From the NCBI GenBank assembly GCA_964571375.1, contig CAZNBL010000002.1, positions 3,599 through 67,598 on the forward strand: a stretch of 64,000 nt of DNA, given 5' to 3'. Under the pieces are notes generated by a model. The model saw only the letters and a program-made list of their open reading frames with translations, had not been told where the DNA came from and searched no databases. Numbering within the stretch: position 1 is the first letter of the stretch; each line of letters starts with the position of its first letter. The stretch is from an uncultured Burkholderiaceae bacterium. Lineage in GTDB: Bacteria > Pseudomonadota > Gammaproteobacteria > Burkholderiales > Burkholderiaceae_F. Below, in pieces: positions 20,961 to 29,314 of this stretch. A program made the translations under genes and the position numbers.

Positions 20961-22325
20961 TTAGTTGTCCTTCTTATCTTCCTCGATCATCTGATCGGCA
21001 ATTTTGTAGAGCTTCATGAAATTGGAGGCCTTAAGCAAAACGGCAACAGGCTCCTTGTTCATCAATTCATAAAGCGCTTCTTTCAATTCTTCCTGAGTTT
21101 CGAAGTGGCGTGCACCTTCTCCGAAAGCATCGTCGGCATCCATCGTGCGGTTGCCGATCGACAGGAAGTGATCAATCTTCTTATTGAATGCGTACTGTCC
21201 GACTTCGCGGTGCATGTCCATGCTCTTGACGCCGAGTTCGCCCATGTCGCCCATCACGAATACCTTCGGCAGACTGAATGTACTCAGAAGATCGAGTGCC
21301 GCGCACATCGAATCGGGATTGGCGTTGTAGCTGTCGTCAATCAGAACGGAACCGTTGCGAAGTTTGTGGACGCAGGAGCGGTGAGCAACGGCTCTGAAGT
21401 TTTCCAAACCTTCCTTAATGTCGCTCAGATCACGGCCCATTGCGTAGGAAACCGCGGCGGCACAGACCGCATTGCGGATGTTGTGGTCGCCCGGAACATG
21501 CAGATCGATATGGATGTGACCCTGCGGGGTATGCAGCTCGAAACCGCCTTCGCTCTTTTCGCCCCAAACCTGGCTGTCGGGACGGCCGAATGTGATCAGG
21601 CGATGCGTGTCGGCCTGACGCTTCCAAAGCTGAGCGAAGAGATCGTCTTCGTTGATAACGGCTGCGCCGCCTGCAGGCAGTGCGGCAAAAACCGCACCGT
21701 TATCGGTAGCTGTTTCTTCCAAAGAAACCAGAAATTCCTGATGGTCGCGCTGAGTATTGGTTACGACGCCGACAGTCGGCGCAATCATGCGAACGAGCGG
21801 ATCCATCTCGCCGATATGGTTCATACCGACTTCAAATACCGCCACTTCGGTGCTCGGACGAAGCTTCCAAAGCATCAGAGAAACACCGAGGTCGTTGTTG
21901 AGATTACCTTCTGTTCCGACCCAGGATGCCGCATCGAAACGCGACTTGATGATCGAAAGAATCATCTGAGTGGTCGTTGTCTTACCGTTTGAGCCGGCAA
22001 CAGCTGCGACAGTAATGTTGAAGCGAGAGCGCCACTTGCCTGCAGATTCAAGCAGAGCGGCTCTGGCGTCTTTGACAATAATCTGAGGGATAGAAACCGG
22101 CACCATGTGCTCGACCACGGCAGCGGCCGCACCGCGGTCGGCGGCAGCCTGCACGAAATCATGACCGTCTCTTGCTCCCTTGATCGCAAAGAAGAGACCG
22201 TTCGCCTCGATCTTTCGGCTGTCGAAAGAAACCGAAGAGAAACGAATCGACGACGCACCCTTGATGGTTGCTTCCTGACTGAGGCTTTCGGCAAACTCAG
22301 ACAGCGTCATTAATGGTTCTGACAT
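20961..22325 (-). CDS. murF: UDP-MurNAc-tripeptide--D-alanyl-D-alanine ligase
   Basis: [11 protein letters not shown]-loop. An alternative start at ATG 22310 overlaps the murE stop (TAATG) and is equally plausible. Confidence 0.9.
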   Translation of the reverse strand: MSEPLMTLSEFAESLSQEATIKGASSIRFSSVSFDSRKIEANGLFFAIKGARDGHDFVQAAADRGAAAAVVEHMVPVSIPQIIVKDARAALLESAGKWRSRFNITVAAVAGSNGKTTTTQMILSIIKSRFDAASWVGTEGNLNNDLGVSLMLWKLRPSTEVAVFEVGMNHIGEMDPLVRMIAPTVGVVTNTQRDHQEFLVSLEETATDNGAVFAALPAGGAAVINEDDLFAQLWKRQADTHRLITFGRPDSQVWGEKSEGGFELHTPQGHIHIDLHVPGDHNIRNAVCAAAVSYAMGRDLSDIKEGLENFRAVAHRSCVHKLRNGSVLIDDSYNANPDSMCAALDLLSTFSLPKVFVMGDMGELGVKSMDMHREVGQYAFNKKIDHFLSIGNRTMDADDAFGEGARHFETQEELKEALYELMNKEPVAVLLKASNFMKLYKIADQMIEEDKKDN

Positions 22326-23785
22326 GTTTTCACCTTTTCTCTTGCATCAAGTGCCTTCACAGCTTCTTCCGAATCGGAAAAATGAATCTTGACGCCTTGA
22401 ATGTCCTGATAATCTTCGTGGCCCTTGCCTGCGATCAGAATCACATCCTGATCGGCGGCATGCGATACGGCATAGGCAATCGCTTCGGCCCGATCCAATA
22501 TCTTCATCGCCTGCGGCGCTCCCTGCGCCACCTGCTCGAGGATCTTCTGAGGATCCTCGGTTCGGGGGTTGTCGCTGGTAATCAGCGCAACATCGGCTGC
22601 AGCGGCAGCCTCTCCCATATAAATTCTTTTACCCGGATCTCTGTCGCCGCCGGCGCCGAGCAACACCCAAAGGCGGCCGCCTCTGGCTTCTGCAGCGGGA
22701 CGAAGTGCATCGATCGCCTTGGTTACCGCATCCGGCGTATGTGCGTAGTCAACCAGCACGAGCGGACGGTGCGTATTTCCGACGACTTCCATACGCCCCT
22801 TCGGAGGCTTTACCGATGCAAGCAGTTCGGCTACGCGCTCGAACGTAATGCCGCAGGCCATTGCAACACCCGCAGCTCCGAGGAGGTTTTCAATGTTGAA
22901 AAGACCGTGCAGCGTTGTGTGAATTTCGGCTTTGCGACCCTTCCAACAAAGCGTAAAGGCCATGCCTTTTTCCGCGATACCGATATCGGTCGCACAAAGC
23001 CAGTCTTCCCGATACTCTTTGCGGCTGAAGCCGATCAGCTCGATTCCGCGGCGGCGCACCTGCCCGGCAAAACGGGTACCTGCAGGATCATCCATATTAA
23101 TCACTGCAGTCTTTAATGTCGGCCAATCAAAAAGAATACCCTTGGCGGCTTCGTAATTTTCCATCGTGACGTGATAGTCGAGATGGTCGCGCGTAAGGTT
23201 GGTAAAGAGAGCCACACGAAAATCCGTACCGCTCAGACGGCCCTGTTCCAGACCGATGGAGCTTGCTTCAACCGCAAAGGCGCCCGCGCCTCTTGCGGCG
23301 AGTTCGCTGAGAAGTGCCTGAAGCGTTACCGAGTCCGGAGTTGTCAGACTCTGTACCGGAATCGACTCTTCGCCGAGACGGCAGCCGATCGTGCCGATCA
23401 CCGCGCAGGGCGTTCCCGCAGCGCTGAGCATGCTGCTGATCCAATGCGTGGTACTGGTTTTTCCGTTAGTGCCGGTTACGGCAATTCCGATCATCGACTT
23501 CGAGGCATTACCGTAAAAACCGGCGGCAATCTCACCGATCTTGGCGTTGAGGTTCTCCACCTGGTACACCGGAACCGAGGTCGCCGCAATGTCGCCGGCT
23601 TCGGCAATCACGCAGGACGCACCTTTTTCAACCGCGCTTTCGATAAAGCGACGGCCGTCGGCCACCTTGCCGACAATCGCGACAAAGACATCTCCCTTTT
23701 TGACCTTACGGCTGTCGAGCAGCATATCCGCTGCTTCCGAGCAGTGGCTTCTGAGCCACTCAATGATTTGTTTAATCTCTTCCAT
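22310..23785 (-). CDS. murE: UDP-MurNAc-L-Ala-D-Glu--2,6-diaminopimelate ligase
   Basis: VTGTNGKTST P-loop and the DNPR motif (TSDNPRTEDP), which indicates meso-DAP specificity. Confidence 0.95.
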   Translation of the reverse strand: MEEIKQIIEWLRSHCSEAADMLLDSRKVKKGDVFVAIVGKVADGRRFIESAVEKGASCVIAEAGDIAATSVPVYQVENLNAKIGEIAAGFYGNASKSMIGIAVTGTNGKTSTTHWISSMLSAAGTPCAVIGTIGCRLGEESIPVQSLTTPDSVTLQALLSELAARGAGAFAVEASSIGLEQGRLSGTDFRVALFTNLTRDHLDYHVTMENYEAAKGILFDWPTLKTAVINMDDPAGTRFAGQVRRRGIELIGFSRKEYREDWLCATDIGIAEKGMAFTLCWKGRKAEIHTTLHGLFNIENLLGAAGVAMACGITFERVAELLASVKPPKGRMEVVGNTHRPLVLVDYAHTPDAVTKAIDALRPAAEARGGRLWVLLGAGGDRDPGKRIYMGEAAAAADVALITSDNPRTEDPQKILEQVAQGAPQAMKILDRAEAIAYAVSHAADQDVILIAGKGHEDYQDIQGVKIHFSDSEEAVKALDAREKVKTCQNH

Positions 23786-23792
23786 CGCCGAA

Positions 23793-25583
23793 TTATCTGT
23801 TATTTTCTGCCCTGACGGGGGTTCTCGAAGCTGCCGGCTTCTTAACGCCGCCTCGTGTTGCTTCAGGAACTTTGTCCGGATCCACGGCCATCAGACGCAA
23901 AGTTCTGCTGACCACTTCGGAGAAGACGGGAGCCGCGGCCACTGCGCCGAAATGCTTGCCCTTCTCCGGCTCGTCAATCATGACACCGACCACGATCTTC
24001 GGCTCGTAAGCCGGCGCGTAGCCCGTAAAACTTGCCACATACTTCTTCACGTAAAGACCGTCTTCAACCTTGTAGGCCGTACCGGTCTTGCCGGCAGCAC
24101 TATAGCCATCGGCCTGAGCGCGTCTGGCGCCTTTTTCCACCACGCTCTCAAGCATCTGCTGCATCTGCTCGGTTGTCTTTTTGCTGTAAACACGGGCAAC
24201 TCCGGCATTTTCATTGCCTTTGTAAATCGACAGATCGATCACATCGCCCGTGCGTGCAAGTGCTGTGTAAGCCCTCACTAACTGCAGAAGCGACACGGTG
24301 ATACCGTGTCCGTAGGAAATCGTTGCCTGCTCGATCGGCTTCCAATTCTTGGCAGCCCGCATTCTGCCCGAGACAGCCCCCGGAAACCCGATATCGGGAG
24401 ACTTGCCGAAACCGAGCGCATCGTAATAATTCCACATCGTCTGCGGCTCCATCAGCATGGCGACTTTTGCCGTGCCGATATTGCTCGAATGCTGAATCAC
24501 TTCATGAACCGTCAGTTCCTTGCTGAAATGAGAATCCCCGATCGAAGCGCGGCCGATCGTAAGGTAACGGCCGATCGGAATCACCGTGTCGGGCGTCACA
24601 AGTTTTTCTTCGAGGCTCGCACCCACCGAGAAGGGTTTCATCGTAGAACCCGGCTCATAGGTATCGGTAATCGCGCGGTTTCGGATGGCAGCACGGTCGA
24701 TCTTGCTGCGCACGTTCGGGTTGAAGCTCGGATAGTTGGCTAGCGCAAGAATTTCACCGGTTGCAGGATCGGCCACGATCACGGCACCGGCCTTGGCGTT
24801 GACCTCTTTGATGCGCTTTTCAAGAGCCGAATACGCAATGAACTGAATACGGGCATCGATCGACAGCGTGATGTCGTCGCCGTCCTTCGGTTGCTTGATC
24901 CAAGCATCTTCGATAATGCGGCCGAGACGATCCTTCAGAACGCGTCTCGATCCGGTTTTACCCGAGAGGCGCTTTTCTTCGGCAAGTTCGATACCTTCGA
25001 CACCGTTGCCGTCGATACCGGTCAGCCCCGTGATCTGGGCGGCAATTTCACCGTCCGGATAGTTTCGGATGTATTCGCGCGAATAGTGAATACCGGGAAT
25101 TTTCAGCGCGGCTACCGCATCGGCCTTTTGCATCGGCACCTGACGCTTCACGTAAACGAAACTGCGTTTATTGGAGAGTTTCTTCCTTAAATCTGCAATC
25201 GGTACATCCAAAATCTTTGAAAGCTCTTTGAGCTGCTTTTCATTGATTTTCACGTCGCGGGGAATCGCCCAAATTGCTTTGGCCGGTACGCTCGAAGCCA
25301 GCACGTAACCGTTTCTGTCGAGAATACGGCCGCGCATAGCCGGTACGTCGAGCGTACGCTGAAAACGCATCTCACCCTGACGCTGCAGAAAATCGGTGTT
25401 GAAGCCGAGCATCAGATAGGCAAGACGCGCAAATAGGGCGAGGAACGCCACAATAATCAGGAAATAGGCAATGCGGCTCTGAAGCTGAGGAATCTTCGGC
25501 GCAATAATCTCGGAGATGTCGTCGCCCTTGGGTGCGGCGAAATGACCGAATCTCGCAAAGATTTTTCGGATGGTTTTCTTCAT
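23793..25583 (-). CDS. ftsI: Division-specific transpeptidase PBP3 (FtsI)
   Basis: N-terminal membrane anchor; penicillin-binding motifs STMK, SSN and KTGT all present. Confidence 0.9.
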   Translation of the reverse strand: MKKTIRKIFARFGHFAAPKGDDISEIIAPKIPQLQSRIAYFLIIVAFLALFARLAYLMLGFNTDFLQRQGEMRFQRTLDVPAMRGRILDRNGYVLASSVPAKAIWAIPRDVKINEKQLKELSKILDVPIADLRKKLSNKRSFVYVKRQVPMQKADAVAALKIPGIHYSREYIRNYPDGEIAAQITGLTGIDGNGVEGIELAEEKRLSGKTGSRRVLKDRLGRIIEDAWIKQPKDGDDITLSIDARIQFIAYSALEKRIKEVNAKAGAVIVADPATGEILALANYPSFNPNVRSKIDRAAIRNRAITDTYEPGSTMKPFSVGASLEEKLVTPDTVIPIGRYLTIGRASIGDSHFSKELTVHEVIQHSSNIGTAKVAMLMEPQTMWNYYDALGFGKSPDIGFPGAVSGRMRAAKNWKPIEQATISYGHGITVSLLQLVRAYTALARTGDVIDLSIYKGNENAGVARVYSKKTTEQMQQMLESVVEKGARRAQADGYSAAGKTGTAYKVEDGLYVKKYVASFTGYAPAYEPKIVVGVMIDEPEKGKHFGAVAAAPVFSEVVSRTLRLMAVDPDKVPEATRGGVKKPAASRTPVRAENNR

Positions 25584-25592
25584 AGCAGCCTT

Positions 25593-25904
25593 TTACTTCT
25601 TTACGTCCGGCTGCTTCTGCATATCTGCAGAGTACGGAAGTACAACGACCTGAGACGGGTCTGCCGCCTTCAGGCCTTTTTTGATTGCTTTCGCTTTGAT
25701 CTGAGCTGTCTGCTCGAGCTGAGCAAGTTCCAGCTTCAGCAGACTGCGCTCATCGAGGAGCATATTTTCAGTCTGCTGTTCTCTTTCCAGCTGTATGAAA
25801 AGCTCGCGCGCCTGATGTCTGTTTGAAACTACGGCCAAACCGCAGGCAAAAAGACCTAATTCAAGCAACACGATCACACAGATCAGGAAGCGAAATTCCT
25901 TCAC
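25593..25904 (-). CDS. ftsL: Cell division protein FtsL
   Basis: 103 aa. One transmembrane helix (FLICVIVLLELGLFACGLAVV) followed by a leucine-rich coiled coil. Located between rsmH and ftsI. Confidence 0.75.
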   Translation of the reverse strand: MKEFRFLICVIVLLELGLFACGLAVVSNRHQARELFIQLEREQQTENMLLDERSLLKLELAQLEQTAQIKAKAIKKGLKAADPSQVVVLPYSADMQKQPDVKK

Positions 25905-26869
25905 TGAGCATCCCTCCAGGGAGCATCGGTTCTTTGCGCATAACGCAGTACGGAACTGCGGGCACGCGGATTCGCTTCTTTTTCCTCGTCGCTCGGAAGC
26001 ACGCGGCGGGCTCTGTCAAAGAGAGGCTGAGGCAGCTGATCGGGCAGCAGCGGCAGTCTCGGATCGATACCGCTCGCAGGATTGCTCATCTTTTCGAAGA
26101 ACTGCTTGACGATACGGTCTTCGAGAGAATGGAAGCTGATCACGGCAAGCAGGCCGCCGTCATTGAGAATGGAACCGGCAGCGGCAAGTGCATTCTTCAG
26201 CTGATCGAGTTCGCCGTTGACAGCAATACGGATCGCCTGGAAGGTACGCGTTGCCGGATGCTGCAGATTGTCCTTCTTATTGACGGGAACAACGCTCTTG
26301 ACGAGGTCGGCAAGCGCCCTGGTCGTCTGAATCGGTTCGCTCTCGCGGGCTGCGACAATAGCGCGCGCAATTTTCTTGGCAAAACGCTCTTCGCCGTAAT
26401 TCTTGATCACGTCGGCAATTTCTTCTTCCTTGCTTTCGGCAAGCCACTCGGCGGCCGTCATACCGCAGGAAGTATCCATACGCATATCGAGCGGACCGTC
26501 GAAACGGAAAGAGAAGCCGCGAGTCGGATCATCGATCTGCGGGCTTGAGACGCCGATATCAAGGAACACACCGTCCACCTCGGTAATGCCGCGGGCAGCA
26601 AGCTCTTCGGCCATACTCGAGAACGGAGCATGAATAATCGTAAAGCGCGGATCCTGAATCTTGGCAGCTTCGGCAACTGCCTGAGGATCGCGGTCGAAAG
26701 CAATCAGACGTCCCTCGGGCGACAGACGTTCGAGAATCAGACGCGAGTGACCGCCGCGTCCGAACGTGCCGTCCACATAAAGACCGTCGGGTCTGTGAAC
26801 CACAATATCCGGAACCTCTTTGTACAGCACCGGAATATGGACTAATGCGCTGTTTGAAGTCTCATCCAT
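25901..26869 (-). CDS. rsmH: 16S rRNA (cytosine1402-N4)-methyltransferase
   Basis: HIPVLYKEV and the DGTFGRGGHS SAM-binding motif. Its 3' end overlaps the ftsL start by 4 nt. Confidence 0.95.
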   Translation of the reverse strand: MDETSNSALVHIPVLYKEVPDIVVHRPDGLYVDGTFGRGGHSRLILERLSPEGRLIAFDRDPQAVAEAAKIQDPRFTIIHAPFSSMAEELAARGITEVDGVFLDIGVSSPQIDDPTRGFSFRFDGPLDMRMDTSCGMTAAEWLAESKEEEIADVIKNYGEERFAKKIARAIVAARESEPIQTTRALADLVKSVVPVNKKDNLQHPATRTFQAIRIAVNGELDQLKNALAAAGSILNDGGLLAVISFHSLEDRIVKQFFEKMSNPASGIDPRLPLLPDQLPQPLFDRARRVLPSDEEKEANPRARSSVLRYAQRTDAPWRDAQ

Positions 26870-26877
26870 TTCACGAC

Positions 26878-27306
26878 CTAAAAATTGAAGGCAGAGGCGA
26901 TTTCGGCCAAATTACCGTTCAAAGCTTCGGCTTCGCTCTCTGCTAATAAATCCGCATTCCAAAGTTCGAAGTGGTCGCCCAATCCGACAAGAACAACTTC
27001 TTTAGAAAGAGAACAGACTCTGCGCAAATCGGCGGGAATCAAAATCCGGCCCGATGCATCCATTTCCACGTCTTCGGCCGCACCCATCACAAGACGCTGA
27101 AAAGCTCTTGCGGCATAGGGAAGCGCCATCAGTTCTTCGCGTTTGCGAAGCCATAACGGGCGCGGATAAAGCAGCGCACAGCCGTCGGGATGCCGGGTAA
27201 CAGTCATCTGCCCCGAGCACAGCTCGGAGAGCGCCGCACGAAAACGTGTCGGCACCGCCAGACGCCCCTTGGCGTCAAGGTTGATATGAGGTGATCCCTG
27301 GAACAT
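26878..27306 (-). CDS. mraZ: Transcriptional regulator MraZ
   Basis: MFQGSPHINLDAKGRLAVP plus a second repeat MDASGRILIP (two DxxxR units). Start trimmed from 27336 to ATG 27306. Confidence 0.9.
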   Translation of the reverse strand: MFQGSPHINLDAKGRLAVPTRFRAALSELCSGQMTVTRHPDGCALLYPRPLWLRKREELMALPYAARAFQRLVMGAAEDVEMDASGRILIPADLRRVCSLSKEVVLVGLGDHFELWNADLLAESEAEALNGNLAEIASAFNF

Positions 27307-27354
27307 AAAAAAGACGGCGTGCAACCCTATCTGCACTCTTCTAAAACCGTCTAA

Positions 27355-27384
27355 TTTTAGCCACTTTTACCCACTTTCTTCCAC
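27355..27384 (-). promoter_or_regulatory. Three direct 10-bp repeats resembling MraZ boxes (dcw operator)
   Basis: Minus strand reads GTGGAAGAAA GTGGGTAAAA GTGGCTAAAA, three GTGG-N6 units at exact 10-bp spacing. The nearest repeat ends 49 nt upstream of the mraZ ATG. Confidence 0.55.
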
Positions 27385-27465
27385 AGATAGGAAGCACTGA
27401 TACAAATCCTTAAATGTCAGGACCTGTGACGGAATAAACAGGGAATTTTGAGAAGAAAAAAGAGA

Positions 27466-27770
27466 AGGTGCGAAGTTTGCCGTAAGCCGGATTTTGTTAA
27501 AGACTTTCGCCTTTTGCCGATCATTCATCTAGACCTGCGGTCGCCCGCAGGCTCAAGCCATCTACCCGCAGCCTCGCCGGACAGGGTCAGCGGCTGCCTA
27601 TTTGATGTTGCTCCACGTAGAGATTGCCCGTTTCACCCGAACTGAATCGGCTCGTCTCTGTTGCTCTAATCCTCACCTCACGGCGGACAGGTGTTACCTG
27701 CTACGTTGTCCTGCGGAGTCCGGACTTTCCTCACGAGAAAATCTCCCACGATCGACTGGCAAACTTCGCG
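27466..27770 (-). ncRNA. rnpB: RNase P RNA, bacterial type A, compact (about 305 nt)
   Basis: Minus strand contains GAGGAAAGTCCGGACTCCGCAGG, GCAGGTAACACCTGT, GAGCAACAGAGA, GGGTGAAACGG, GGAGCAACATCAAATAGG, GGGTAGATGGCTTGAGCC, CTAGATGAATGATCGGC and ACAAAATCCGGCTTAC. The P1 helix is GCGAAGTTTGCC (27758-27769) paired with GGCAAACTTCGC (27470-27481). The ends are approximate. Confidence 0.85.
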
Positions 27771-27778
27771 ACCGCCAC

Positions 27779-27805
27779 TTTATATTTTTTTTGCTTTTTC
27801 TTCAA
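27779..27805 (-). promoter_or_regulatory. Possible promoter for rnpB
   Basis: Minus strand reads TTGAAG (27800-27805), a 15-nt A-rich spacer, then TATAAA (27779-27784). This places the transcription start close to the predicted 5' end of P1. The spacer is short. Confidence 0.35.
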
Positions 27806-28016
27806 GGCGAAACGCCGTTTTATTTTGCAAATCAAATGCAACCGGCGGCGTCCGCGAATCTTCGCTTTTTGCGTGCGGCATAGCGCTTCTGCCTTTAAAA
27901 TTACCTGCAGAACCTCAGAAGCGGCCGGTTTCTTCGGCCTGATAAGTTTCGGTTTAAGTTTGGTTATTAAGATAGGGTGCTGTCCGGCACGCTTTCTTTT
28001 ATTTTTTGGAGTCAAA

Positions 28017-29309
28017 ATGGGACTTAATGAAGAGCTCTTCGAACGAGCACAGAAATCCATTCCCGGCGGTGTTAACTCTCCCGTACGCGCCTTCCGTTCC
28101 GTCGGCGGTGCACCGCGCTTTATCGATCACGCCTTAGGCCCGCACATCTTCGACGTGACAGGCAAGCGTTTCATCGACTACATCGGCTCCTGGGGCCCGA
28201 TGATTCTCGGCCACAACAACCCGCGCGTTATCGAAGCCGTCAAAGCTGCCGTCGACAAGGGCCTGAGCTTCGGCGCTCCGACCGAAGGCGAAATCCTTAT
28301 CGCTGAAGAAATCAAGCGCATCATGCCTTCCATCGAAGAAGTCCGTCTGGTTTCCTCGGGTACCGAAGCCGGCATGAGCGCCATCCGCCTTGCACGCGGC
28401 TATACCGGCCGAAACAAGATCATTAAGTTCGAAGGCTGCTACCACGGTCACAGCGACGCCCTTCTCGTCAAAGCCGGTTCCGGCCTTCTGACATTCGGCA
28501 CTCCGAGCTCCTCGGGTGTTCCGGCCGCAACGACCGCCGACACACTCGTTCTCGAATACAACAATCCGCAGATGCTGCGCGAAGTCTTCGAAAAAGAAGG
28601 CGACCAGATCGCCTGCGTTATCGTCGAAGCACTTGCCGGCAACATGAACCTTGTGCCCGCTACTAAGGAATTCATGCTCACCATGCGCGAAGTCACCGCC
28701 AAGCACGGCGCCGTGATGATCGTCGACGAAGTGATGACCGGTTTCCGCTGCGCTCTGCACGGCGCTCAGTCTCTCTACGGCATCACTCCCGATCTCACCA
28801 TGTTCGGCAAGGTTATCGGCGGCGGTATGCCGGTTGCTGCTTTCGGCGGCAAGAAGGAAATCATGCAGTGCATCGCCCCGCTCGGCGGCGTCTACCAGGC
28901 CGGCACCCTCTCGGGCAATCCGGTTGCCGTTGCCTGCGGTCTGACCACACTCAAGATGATTCAGGAAGAAGGTTTCTATGAACGCCTGAGCGCTCAGACC
29001 ATGAAGCTCATCAAAGGTCTCGGCGAAGCTGCCAAGGAAGCCGGAGTCGCCTTCTCCGCTCAGAGCGTCGGCGGCATGTTCGGCATCTACTTCCGCGACC
29101 GTTGTCCGACTTCCTTCAAGGAAGTGATGGAATGCGATGCAGAACGCTTCACCACCTTCTTCCACGCCATGCTTGAAGAAGGCGTCTACCTTGCTCCGAG
29201 CATCTACGAAGCAGGCTTCGTTTCCATCACGCACGACGACACCGTCATCGCACGCACTGTGGAAGCTGCCCGCAAGGCATTTGCCGAAGTTAAGCGCGTT
29301 CACGGCTAA
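28017..29309 (+). CDS. hemL: Glutamate-1-semialdehyde 2,1-aminomutase
   Basis: [26 protein letters not shown] is typical of HemL; class III aminotransferase body. The 131-aa N-terminal extension in ORF 27624..29309 overlaps rnpB and is discarded. Confidence 0.95.
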   Translation: MGLNEELFERAQKSIPGGVNSPVRAFRSVGGAPRFIDHALGPHIFDVTGKRFIDYIGSWGPMILGHNNPRVIEAVKAAVDKGLSFGAPTEGEILIAEEIKRIMPSIEEVRLVSSGTEAGMSAIRLARGYTGRNKIIKFEGCYHGHSDALLVKAGSGLLTFGTPSSSGVPAATTADTLVLEYNNPQMLREVFEKEGDQIACVIVEALAGNMNLVPATKEFMLTMREVTAKHGAVMIVDEVMTGFRCALHGAQSLYGITPDLTMFGKVIGGGMPVAAFGGKKEIMQCIAPLGGVYQAGTLSGNPVAVACGLTTLKMIQEEGFYERLSAQTMKLIKGLGEAAKEAGVAFSAQSVGGMFGIYFRDRCPTSFKEVMECDAERFTTFFHAMLEEGVYLAPSIYEAGFVSITHDDTVIARTVEAARKAFAEVKRVHG

Positions 29310-29314
29310 ACGCT

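Noticed and set aside
27854-27870. GCGAA-tc-TTCGC followed by TTTTT between rnpB and hemL, considered as a small terminator or sRNA 3' end
   Set aside because: The stem is only 5 bp and the loop only 2 nt, which is sterically implausible. No upstream promoter or conserved structure is evident.
27624-28016. 131-aa N-terminal extension of the hemL ORF (561-aa version in the ORF track)
   Set aside because: The extension overlaps the RNase P RNA gene and an AT-rich promoter region. The HemL homology starts exactly at MGLNEELF (ATG 28017), which has an upstream GGAG.
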